Shown here one piece after another: positions 1 through 9,368 of a stretch of 50,437 bases of DNA; the first letter of the stretch is position 1, and every line of letters begins with the position of its first letter. Location: contig JAXLNO010006056.1 in the NCBI GenBank assembly GCA_038087875.1, positions 1 through 50,437 of the forward strand, in the 5' to 3' direction. The position numbers and the translations under genes were made by a program. The notes below the pieces were generated by a model that made no database searches, was not told the DNA's origin, and worked only from the letters and a program-made list of their open reading frames with translations. This stretch comes from Malacoraja senta (Eukaryota).

Positions 1-32
1 GCAGTTTATTATTGTCACGTTTAGTTTCGAGG

Positions 33-292
33 TACAGCATGGAAATAGGTCTTTTGGCCCACTGAACCTGTGCTGACTAACGACCACACAAATATCAGTT
101 CTATCCTACACACTAGGGACAATTTACAGAAGCCAAAAAACTTACAGACCTGCACTTCTTTGAATGTTGCCGAACTGCAGCACCCGGAGATAACTCACAT
201 GGTCACAGGGAGAATATATGAACTCTATATAGACAGCACCCATTGTCAGGATTGAACTTTGGTCTGTGGTACTGTAAAGGCAGCAACTTTCC
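33..292 (-). mobile_element. tRNA-derived SINE (HE1-like, elasmobranch type), degraded
   Basis: Reverse complement shows a degenerate tRNA-like head followed by the same body as the copies at 7005-7314, 7406-7682 and 8518-8810. Boundaries approximate. Confidence 0.65.
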
Positions 293-454
293 AGGTACAG
301 TTGCATGCTATCCAATTGGATGAGATAACAACATACATATATATGATCAAGTCAACTCAAGTACTGAAGGTAGAGCAAAGGGGAAGGTACAGAGTGTGGC
401 ATATAGTTCTCAGCAATGTAGCACACCAGTTCCATTAGATAAGTGTTTCGACAC

Positions 455-530
455 ACGAAACGTGACACATTCCTTCTCTCCAGAGATGCTGCCTGACCCG
501 TTGAGTTACTCTAGCATTTTGTGTCTATCT
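455..530 (+). repeat. Short interspersed repeat (GAAACGTGAC...AGATGCTGCCTGACCCGTTGAGTTACTCTAGCATTTTGTGTCTAT), Penelope-pLTR-like family
   Basis: Same motif recurs at 5941-6000 (-), 6001-6060 (+) and 6466-6560 (-). Family name is inference. Confidence 0.55.
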
Positions 531-699
531 GCGGTTTAAACCAGCATCTACAGTTCCTTCCTACATAGTGCTATAAACAAAGTCCACTGTCTGTAATGGG
601 GTAGTGGTCAATTGGACAGAACCCTAGCTTATGGAACGATCATTCAGAAGCCTGATTTTCTCCTCAGTTATCAAGTAAGCCATTTGGTCCTCTAACCTG

Positions 700-960
700 C
701 CCACCATTCAATATGACCATGGCTGACGTTCCTCAGGCATCAACTCCTGTTCGGTGCCAGTTCCTCATTGCACTCAATTCTCCAATCTTTCAAAAGTTTA
801 ACCACAGCCACATTAAATACTTCCAATGATTTTGTCTTCACAAATCTCTGGGGTCAAGAGCGCCAGAGAATGACCACACTCTGCAAAAAGAGATTTTGTA
901 AACAAATGACTGGTCTCTTTTATCTCTTATTGAAGAGGAGTGAAAATACTGCCAATTTTA
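700..960 (-). mobile_element. CR1-like LINE 3' fragment, degraded
   Basis: CCATTCAATATGACCATGGCTGA and the following sequence resemble the antisense of the CR1-type 3' end seen in sense at 8812-8995. Confidence 0.45.
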
Positions 961-1049
961 AGCTTGCCCCTCCCCAATTGGCCCTCATTTCGTAACTTGT
1001 CAATTATTTATTATTGTCAATAATATGCCCTAGTGAAAAGATTTGCCAT

Positions 1050-1690
1050 TGGTATTAGTTTATTATTGTCACGTGAACTGAGATATTGTAGCGGCACCAA
1101 ACGTGGTGAATAAAGGTGAGACGTCAGGCCGGTTCAAAGAGTCGTTTATTCAGTGCTGACACGTTAGGTTGGTGCCGACTATCATAACAGTGTTGCTGTA
1201 GCTGAGCGAGGTTGTTCCCTCGGGCTCAGCTACGGGTTGAACTCCTCAAGGTCTCAAGGTGAGATGACATTAAGTACCAGGACACTCCCTCTAGCCCATG
1301 ACGTCACGTGCCCGCCCTCGTACTTCCTAACGAGGGTTCGAGCATAAGTGGCCCGTGTATAGGCTGCCGCCACAATATAGTCAAAAGTTTGTCTTTGTGT
1401 TATCCAATCAGATCATACTACACATGTGCAATCAAGCCATCCACAAGTAGATCAGTGCAAAGAGAAAACTACTCAGAGTGCAGAATATCGGGTTACAATA
1501 TCATAGCATTACAGTTACAGAGAAAGTGCAGATCAAAAAGAGTTGCAAGGTTCACAATGAGATTGGTTGGAAGATCAGGACAACATCTTATCTTACATGA
1601 GAATCATTCAGTAGTCCAATAACAGTGGGGAAGAAACTGTTCCTGAATTTAATGGTACGTACTTTCAAACTTTGTTGTGTACTGTCTTAA
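1050..1690 (-). mobile_element. LINE 3' tail (same family as 2455-3135, Rex1/Babar-like), interrupted by a solo LTR
   Basis: Starts with the TTTATTATTGTCACGTG tail. 1630-1670 is the reverse complement of the GGTACAGAAAGTTGAAAG...CAGGAACA segment at about 2850-2890. Confidence 0.55.
1087..1374 (-). mobile_element. Solo LTR, 288 bp, 4-bp TSD
   Basis: TG...CA ends with a 9/10 terminal inverted repeat (TGTAGCGGCA / TGCCGCCACA). Exact ATAT duplication at 1083-1086 and 1375-1378. AATAAA lies on the - strand near its 3' end. Confidence 0.85.
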
Positions 1691-1863
1691 CAGGGAGCGT
1701 ACGATCCCTTTTAAACCACGTGGTTGGTTGATGGGACGAAAGAGGCAAAATGGGGCAGATGTGGACAGTAACTTGGTTGTTGTAGTAGACTGAAGAATAT
1801 TTTGTGGTGGGTGACTGTGCAAGTTTTACTGAAGGTGAAAATAACCATCTTACTGTCTTGTAG

Positions 1864-2128
1864 TTTCCCTGAGGTCACTCTCGCTGCCCGCCCTGATGAT
1901 CATTCAGTCCTGTACTGCACTGTGTTTGGATTTTACCCACCAGCCATCAATGTCAGCTGGTTGCAGAATGGTCAACATGTCTCTGAGACCAAATCTTCTG
2001 GGTCATACCCAACAACGATGGAACATATCATCTAAAGTCTGTCCTTGAGTATGATCCGTATGATGGGAAACAGTATTCCTGTCATGTCGATCACAGCAGC
2101 CTGCCCGGTGGGAAGACCATCATCTGGG
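1864..2128 (+). pseudogene. MHC class I-like heavy chain alpha3 (Ig C1-set) exon, frameshifted as assembled
   Basis: Flanked by a CTGTCTTGTAG acceptor and G|GTAAG donor. Translation across one shift: FPEVTLAARPDDHSVLYCTVFGFYPPAINVSWLQNGQHVSETKSSG/xIPNNDGTYHLKSVLEYDPYDGKQYSCHVDHSSLPGGKTIIW, with C1 motifs CxxxGFYP, WxxNG, PNxDGTY and YSCHVxHSSL. Length 265 nt, 2 short of a phase 1-1 exon of 267. Confidence 0.85.
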
Positions 2129-2454
2129 GTAAGAACATTAAATATTAATTCATAGATAATCATTATCTTCTGTTGTTTCCATTTTAATCATTGTGACTAC
2201 ATCCCATATTCCAAGATGCTTAAACTTTCTTTGTTTAGTGGTGTTGCTCTAAGCAATCACGTAATCAGCACCCACTCTCCACATGAGCAGAAGACTTTGT
2301 CAACAGAAAATTTATCAAAAGTAAATAAATAACTAATATACAAGGAAGGAGTATTTGAGATTCTCAGTGGTGGAACTGAAATCCATGAAAGGTATGTTTA
2401 AATAAAAAATGAATCTTTCCTCATGATGTGATTAACAGCAAGGCACTGGGGGAG

Positions 2455-3135
2455 TACATGCCCCAATCCAAATCAATGGTCCGAAGCGGAAATGATTGAG
2501 AGCTTCATGTTCCTTGGCATGAATTTATCCAATATTCGGTCATGGACTGGCCACATAGCCAAGGAGGCACACCGACACCTCTACTTCCTCCGGAGACTGA
2601 GAATATTCATCGTGTCTCTGGTGACTCTAGCAAACATCTATAGATGCTGCTAGAGAAAGCATGTTGTTGGGTTGCATCACATCTTGATTTGGGAACTGCA
2701 CTGCCCAAGACTGCAAGAATATACAAAGAGTTAAAGATCATCACACAGCCCAGACTTCCCACTATTGATTCAGTCTACACCAGGTTGTCTTCGAAAACGA
2801 GACTTATCCCACCCCGGTCATTCCTCCTTCCTGCTCCCATCAGGCAATAGGTACAGAAAGTTGAAAGTATACACTGCCAGACTCAGGAACACCCCCTTTC
2901 CATCTGTTAACAGGCTTCGGAAGGGTCCTTCCATAATGTAGGTTCAATGCCCGATTCACCTCAACCTCATTGCACATTGTCTATGGAACTGATGCGTTAC
3001 AATGCTGAGAACTATATTCTGTACTCTGTATCTTCCTCTTTGCTCTATCTATTGTTTTTGAGTTTGTATTTATGTATAGTTTTATAATTTGTTTGGGTAG
3101 CATACAAAACAAACCTTTGCTCTGTATTTTGAAAC
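2455..3135 (+). mobile_element. Rex1/Babar-like LINE 3' fragment (degraded RT C-terminus + tail)
   Basis: Broken frames resemble ESFxFLG...KxAHxxLYFLRRLR...LxNxYRC...GCIT.WFGN, typical of Rex1/Babar RT C-termini. The tail recurs at about 330-440 (-) and 6065-6140 (+). Confidence 0.65.
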
Positions 3136-4015
3136 ATCTGGCATTAATAAAACGAAACCTAATGAAGTAAGTTCCCTGACGCAAGTTACAGATTCAGCAA
3201 CGAAAAATATAACTGCCTGACAAACAGCGATCGTAGTAGTTTGATTCCAGGTATGCTGCACTAACCTACACAAATGTTTACTTTTGAAGATTCCCTCGAA
3301 CAATGCACAAATAAGGAATCTGATGTTTCACTCTGAAGACTGTTGACATACTCCAGAACTTAATTTCCAACCTATCTATGTATCATCAGCAATCTAGGCT
3401 ACAGCGCCATCAGTCCCTTCATCTGCTCTTAATACCAACGATAAGTAGTTCACTTTCTTGCATTGATTCCCAACCTGCAGTTGCAGTTTCCCAACCTGAA
3501 CACTCCTTTAAGACAACTCTCTGCTTGCTCTAAATTGTTTTTTCCATTAATGCTAATTATTATCCCCAATGTCATAAGCCTTTGCATCACTTGATTGATA
3601 TCTTATGAAAATCCAGATATTGTGCGACATCTGGTGGTCAGGCCACTTATTGCTAGAACCCTCGTCAGGGGAGCTGGGACTATCACATGACAGGGTTTTG
3701 GTGGGAGTTGGTGATGAATCAGTCGCCAGTCAACTGGTGTGCCCGATAACAACGGCAGGAACTTTGCTCAAGTCCTTACTAAACATGAGTGTGCCAAAAC
3801 TGTATTTCTTTAAAAAAACATTGATTTGTTCACGACGTTTGGATCTCTACAATATATTGTATTTCTTTTGTTTCTCATTCCAATTTTGTTACCTATTCTG
3901 CTTTTCCATCATGTTGTTTTTGAATTTTAGACTGTGCACACCTGCTGCTCGAATATACATTGTCTACGGGTTCCTGTTGCATTTTCAAAGAGTTCTAATC
4001 AATTTCTCAAACAAA

Positions 4016-6060
4016 GTTTGAAGAAGGGTCCCAAAACGAAACGTCACCTGTCCATGTGTAAGAAGAAACTGCAAATGCTGGTTTACACCGAAGTTACCGA
4101 AATTACCAGAACATATCAAGGTATGTTCAGGGCAAATTTTGACCCCCTACTTATTAAACTGAATACATTAATTAAATTCTGGAAAACGCTCCCGATGTCT
4201 TTAATAGGCCGAATAAACGCAATAAAAATGATCTTTTTACCACAAATTTTATACCTATTTCAATCAATTCCTATATACTTACCTAAGAAGTTTTTTAAAA
4301 AACTCGACTCAGATATCACTAATTTTATATGGGACTATAAATCACATAGAATACAAAAAACCCATCTGAATAAACCTAAAGTATTGGGGGGTCTAGCACT
4401 ACCTAATTTTATGTATTATTACTGGTCAGTAAATATTAAAAACATGATTCAACTGATGGATAACTCCATCCAGCAAGTAGACTGGATTGTAATGGAGAAA
4501 GAGGATTGCTCCTCTAGAAACATTGGAGCGATCCTCCTCTCTCCAATGAAACTGAATAACATAAATTATAATAAGAACCCAATTATTCATAGTACAATCC
4601 GTATTTGGAAACAAATAAAACAAAATTTAAAATTAAGAAACTTATCACTTTTATTACCTATAGTCAATAACCCTTCGTTTAGTCCTTCTATTATAGATAA
4701 AGCTTATACACAATGGGATAGACTAGGAATTAAAACGCTTGGTGACTTGTATGAAACTGGAAAATTACTTTCATTTCAACAATTACAAATAAAATATAAA
4801 CTCGGAAATAATCAATATTTTAAATATTTTCAAATATGCGACTATTTGAAAAAATATACAAAAGATCATTATAATAATCCAGTAGATGTATTGGACGAGG
4901 CAATGCAGATAAAAGCGGAATCAGCAAACTTAATATCATATTTGTATAATATTATTTTAAATGTACAAATACCACCTACGGAGGGTATCAGAAGAGACTG
5001 GGAACAAGAGTTAGCTATTAAAATTTCAAAGGAAAGTTGGAATGAATACTTATTAAACGTGCATAAATGCTCGATTAATGTAAGACACACTTTAATACAA
5101 TTTAAAATTTTACATAGATTATATTATTCGAAAACTAAAATTCATAAAATTTTCCCAAACGTATCATCTATTTGTGATAAATGTCAATCCCAAGAAGCAA
5201 CTATAGCGCACTCATTTGTCTTCTGTACAAAAATTCAAAAATTTTGGAATGAAATTTTTGAAATCTTTACAAAGTTATTTAAAACAAGACTGATACCCAA
5301 AGCAGAATGGATTATCTTCGGAATAACGGAAGATGGTCCAGAACTAAATGTGTTTCAAAAGAAATTAATGGACTATGGGTTAATAACTGGAAAAAAGCTA
5401 ATTCTAAAATTTTGGAAGAAGGCTCCAATACCAACTATAAATATGTGGATTTCAAATATGTTTGAAACACTACACCTAGAAGAGATAAGACTCCTCCTAG
5501 CAGGTAAACCAGATCACTTCCACCTGACGTGGTCTGCATTTATAGAATTATTACAAATATAGGGTGCAAAAGTACTTTAAAAAAAATAAAAAATTGAGGT
5601 CAGGTAAGGGGGGATGATAGTTGAAGAGTTGGTATGTCCTATTTACGTAATGCTCAAAAAAAACATTTGTTTCTTTTTTTTTCTCTTTCTTTCTTCTTTT
5701 CTTAGGGCCTATTTCTTAATTTTCTACACTTTTCTACACTTGCACTTTTTCCTTCACTTTCTTCTTTCTTTCAATCTTCCTTTTCTAGTGTAAAAAAATA
5801 AATAAAGGGAGTACATTAATTGTAAGAAGATATAAATGACGAGTATTAATGTATGTGGCTGTAATGTAATGTACTTCTAATAAATAAAAAAATTTAAAAA
5901 AAATTTAAAAAAAATAATAAAAAAATAAATAAATAAATAAATTGCTGGAATAACTCAGCTGGTCAGGCAGCATCTCTGGAGAAAAGGAATAGGTGATGAA
6001 TCCATGTTCGCCAGAGATGCTGCCTGTTCCGTTGAGTTACTCCAGCATTTTGTGTCTATT
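4016..6060. repeat. Nested pair of short Penelope-pLTR-like repeats split by an L1
   Basis: Outer + copy at 4016-4057 and 6001-6060. Inner - copy at 4058-4093 and 5941-6000, flanked by a TCCATGT direct repeat (4051-4057, 6001-6007). Confidence 0.6.
4094..5940 (+). mobile_element. 5'-truncated L1-clade LINE: ORF2 C-terminal half, 3' UTR and A-rich tail
   Basis: Uninterrupted frame from about 4100 to the stop at 5562, with L1 motifs LPxSLIGRINAIKM, GGLALPNFxxYYW and a CCHC knuckle (CDKC...HSFVFC). T-rich 3' UTR, then AATAAA and an A/AAAT tail to 5940. Confidence 0.9.
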
Positions 6061-6465
6061 ATGTATATTCTTTCCACTGACTGGTTAGCATGAAACAAAA
6101 GCTTTTCACTGTACCTCAATACATGTGACAATAAACTCAACTAAAGCTTTTGTGTAAATCAGTATCTGCAGCTCTTTCTTTCTACAATTTTCCTGTTAAT
6201 GCCCTGATAATGCACTTTATTGTTTTGTTATTACTTAAATGTTCTGCCATTATTGAAAGGAATCCAGCATTTTCCCCAAAACAAATGTTAGTTTATATAG
6301 GGTTAAAGCTTACTGCTTTCAATTCACCTTCTTTCTTGAATTAAGTTGTGGCTGTGATGGTGCCATAGATCATAGAGTTGTACACAACATATATTGTCCC
6401 TTTGCCATGCTGCAGAACTCCATGATTCAAAACACCATATCATCTTATATACCTTGAAAAGTGCC

Positions 6466-6560
6466 AAAGATAGACACAAAATGCTGGAGTAACTCAGCGG
6501 TCAGGTAGCATCTCTGGAGAAAAGGAATAGGTGGCATTTCGGGTCGAGACCCTTCTTCAC
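6466..6560 (-). repeat. Short Penelope-pLTR-like repeat with hammerhead-like core
   Basis: The - strand reads GTGAAGAAGGGTCTCGACCCGAAATGCCACC...AGATGCTACCTGACCGCTGAGTTACTCCAGCATTTTGTGTCTATC. Confidence 0.55.
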
Positions 6561-6643
6561 CCTGAAGTCTTCAGACAGTGCCCATCTATTTAGCTGCACA
6601 GCTTAACAATTGATTTGTAAAATTATGCATTCTTATTTTTCAG

Positions 6644-6751
6644 AAGGAAATAGGAAGAAAGACAGGCACATAGGCCTTATTACCGTGTGTGTGCTGATAC
6701 TGCTGGCTATTGTCTTGGCAGTAATTGTTTGGTGGAGAAAAAAGAGGAGAG
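6644..6751 (+). CDS. Connecting peptide/transmembrane exon of the MHC class I-like gene
   Basis: TTCTTATTTTTCAG acceptor and G|GTAAG donor. 108 nt, phase 1-1. Translates (E)GNRKKDRHIGLITVCVLILLAIVLAVIVWWRKKRR(G): a hydrophobic stretch plus basic stop-transfer. It lacks the Gly motif of class II TM helices. Confidence 0.85.
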
Positions 6752-7004
6752 GTAAGATGGAAAAATTGTGATGCACTGTTGCTAGTAAAGGTATTGGGCT
6801 TGAAGAAATGATCGATCTCAAGTAGGATAAGGCAGCAGCTACACCTGAAATGCCTCGACAGTCACCACTGTCAACTAGCCTTTGTGCTGTTGTTAAATGT
6901 TTCTGATAATCAGATATTTAAAAATTGTGAATTCAGTGTAAAAAAATGTTATACATTATGGATTCACTGCCCCAAATCCTAGAAATATCAATGAGTCATT
7001 AAAA

Positions 7005-7314
7005 AGTACAGCATGCAAGCAGTCCTTTCGGCCCACCGTGTCCATGCCAACCACCAACCACCTGTTCTCATGAATTCTATCTCATTGCACCTTCTCATCC
7101 AGTCACCCACCCACTAGGGGCAATTTACAGTGGCCAATTAAACTATAAACTGACACATCTTAGGATGTGTGAGGAAACCGGAGCCCCTGGAGGGATCCAA
7201 TGCGGTTACACGGAGAACGTGCAAACTCCACATAGATGGCACTCAAGGTCAAAATTGAACCCGGGTCTGTGTCGCTGTGAGGCAGCAGCTCTACGAGTTG
7301 TGACACTGTGCTGC
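7005..7314 (-). mobile_element. HE1-like SINE
   Basis: Reverse complement shows a tRNA-like head (GCAGCACAGTGTCACAACTCGTAGAGCTGCTGCC...CCCGGGTTCAATT) and the conserved body GGAGTTTGCACGTTCTCC. Confidence 0.75.
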
Positions 7315-7405
7315 TCTGTTGGGGGCTCGCACTGTTCATGATCCAAGTCAGCTATGAGGCAGATTGGTTGCAGTTTAACGTTTACTAGTTTTGTTTAGTT
7401 TAATA

Positions 7406-7682
7406 TAGAGATACAGTGACGAAACAGGTCCTTAGGCGCACCGAGTCTGCGCTGACCAGTGATCCCCGCACATTAACACTATCCTATACACGCACACCAA
7501 GCCAATTAACCTACATACCTGTACGTCTTTGGAGTGTAGGTGGAAACCTTAGATCTTGGAGAAAACCCAAGCGGTCATGGGGAGAACGTACAAACTCTGT
7601 ACAGACAGCATCAGTAGTCGGGATCGAACCCGGGTCTCCGGTGCTGCAAGCACTGTAAGGCAGCAACTCTACCGCTGCACAC
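7406..7682 (-). mobile_element. HE1-like SINE
   Basis: Reverse complement has an A-box-like GCAGCGGTAGAG, a B-box GGTTCGATCCC and the body GAGTTTGTACGTTCTCCCC. Confidence 0.8.
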
Positions 7683-7814
7683 AGTAGCTGCCACCAAGGC
7701 CGCTGTTGCTGGAAAACTCAAAATTAAGTGGGAATGTGAGTAGTGGGAGAAATGGTTCAAGGTGGAAAGCCGAATGAATGAGCAACAACATGATAGGTGG
7801 ACTACAATGTGAAA

Positions 7815-8095
7815 CAGGACAGCACAGAGCCAGAGACCTGAATTAAATACCGACATCGGCTGTTGTATCTGTAGAGTTTGCATGTTGTTCCTGTGACCAT
7901 GTGGGTTTCCCCAGGTGCTCTGGTTTCCTCCCACATCCCCAAAACATTGTTTGGTAGGTTAGTTGTCCCCTAGATTGTGCATGATACAATGTGGGGAGAG
8001 CTGATGAGAAAGTGGGACAAATATAGGATTAGTGTACATGAATTGTTGGTGCAGGTCAGTGGGACAAAGGCCATGTTTGTATGCTGCATATTTCC
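7815..8095 (+). mobile_element. HE1-like SINE, degraded
   Basis: Body GAGTTTGCATGTTGTTCCTGTGACCATGTGGGTTTCCCCAGGTGCTCTGGTTTCCTCCCACATCCC matches the other copies. Confidence 0.7.
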
Positions 8096-8450
8096 ATGAC
8101 TCTTTATGATGTAGAAATATGCTGACTATTTTTGATTTATAAGATTGGTAAAGACCGTGAGGGACAGTGCTAATAGTAACTCAGCAGGTCAGGCAACATC
8201 CCTGGAGACCATGGATAGGTGACAACCACTGACTTGCTCAACAAGTGCTTAAATTAGTCGAATTAAAGTATGTTTGGAGTAACATGCTGCAGTCCTTAAA
8301 ATCTACCATTTCCCAAATCCCAAGAGAGCTGGATGATCAGGGTTTTAGTGTAAATTCAGTCATCTATATCACTTGTTTCTTGCCTGTGATCACACTGTTG
8401 TAAGAGATATTCTGGTGATGAATTGCAGTTCACTTTCCTCCTGTGTAAAG

Positions 8451-8486
8451 GAGTTATTGTGTTGAATATAACAAGTGGAAGGGAAA
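8451..8486 (+). CDS. Candidate cytoplasmic exon of the MHC class I-like gene
   Basis: Pyrimidine tract plus AAG acceptor. 36 nt, phase 1-1, (G)VIVLNITSGRE, with a GTCAGT donor. Supported by splice signals only, no homology. Confidence 0.25.
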
Positions 8487-8517
8487 GTCAGTGCAGGATT
8501 TAGAGTTTGTACGTAAT

Positions 8518-8810
8518 GCAGCATGGTAGTGCAGCAGGTAGAACTGCTGTCTCACAATGCCAGAGACCCAGGTTCAATCTGGACCTCGGGTACTGTCTAC
8601 GTGGAGTTTGCACATTCTCTTGTGACTATGTGGGCTTCCTCAGGGAGCTCCGGTTTCCTCCCATATCCCAAAGATGAGCAGGTGTGCAGGTAATCATCCT
8701 CGGTAAGTCACCCTGATAGTGTAGGGGGTGGATGGGAAATCTATTATGAATGGGTGATTGCTGGTTAGTATGGATTTGGTGGCACAAATGGTTTGTTTAC
8801 ACACTGTATC
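8518..8810 (+). mobile_element. HE1-like SINE
   Basis: GCAGCATGGTAGTGCAGCAGGTAGAACTGCTG head, B-box GGTTCAATC and the conserved body. Confidence 0.75.
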
Positions 8811-8811
8811 A

Positions 8812-8995
8812 CTGTTTTCAAGAGAGAGTTAGATTTAGTTCTTAGGGCTAAGGGAGTCAAGGGATATGGGGAAAAAGCCAGATCGGAGTATTAATTTTGG
8901 ATGATCAGCCATGATTGTATTGAATGGCGGTGCTCGCTCAAAGGGTCGAATAGCCTATTCCTGCACCTATTTTTTTATGTTTCTATCTTTCTATT
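8812..8995 (+). mobile_element. CR1-clade LINE 3' end
   Basis: TTCAAGAGAGAGTTAGAT...GGATATGGGGAAAA...GATCAGCCATGAT...GAATGGCGGTG...CCTATTCCTGCACCTATT followed by a (TTTCTAT)-type tail. Confidence 0.75.
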
Positions 8996-9048
8996 AAATA
9001 AACTAAATTGGAAGACAGAAGGTATTGACTGATGCATCTTCACGCCAG

Positions 9049-9077
9049 CTGTAAATGTCATAAACTGTGAGAATTGA
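9049..9077 (+). CDS. Candidate terminal coding exon of the MHC class I-like gene
   Basis: CATCTTCACGCCAG acceptor. Phase 1 gives xVNVINCEN-stop. Supported by splice signals only. Confidence 0.2.
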
Positions 9078-9368
9078 TTGCAAATGTTATACAATATTAT
9101 AAACTAAACTGGGTGATCAAAATGACAAGATGGATGAAGAGCAGAGTTTCATTGAAATAACAGACGTGCTGCTTTCTCGAGCACTTGGCCTTGGTTGTGT
9201 AATATTTCCTCTTCAAAATACAATGTTCCCTGGCATTGCTGGTCTGAGACACCATTCAGCAAGTATATTTCCTGAAACGGAGGTTCTGCTTTCATGGTAT
9301 CAAGGTGTCTAACAGCTCCAGCACCCAAATCAGAACCTTGCCAAAATTAAGAATGCAGCAACAATTTA

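Noticed and set aside
3624-3639. CTCF-like motif (- strand GACCACCAGATGTCGC)
   Set aside because: Mismatch at a core G and a single occurrence; not distinguishable from chance without ChIP data.
3934-4093. N-terminal 53 aa of the 542-aa ORF
   Set aside because: Read-through of flanking repeats. L1 homology starts only at about 4100, so this is not a real start.
7640-7682. tRNA genes at SINE heads
   Set aside because: A/B boxes are followed by the SINE body rather than a complete cloverleaf with a terminator.
70-9312. Remaining 60-138 aa ORFs in the first 10 kb
   Set aside because: They fall in SINE/LINE remnants or are antisense to real exons (e.g. 6633-6821 opposite the TM exon); no recognisable motifs.
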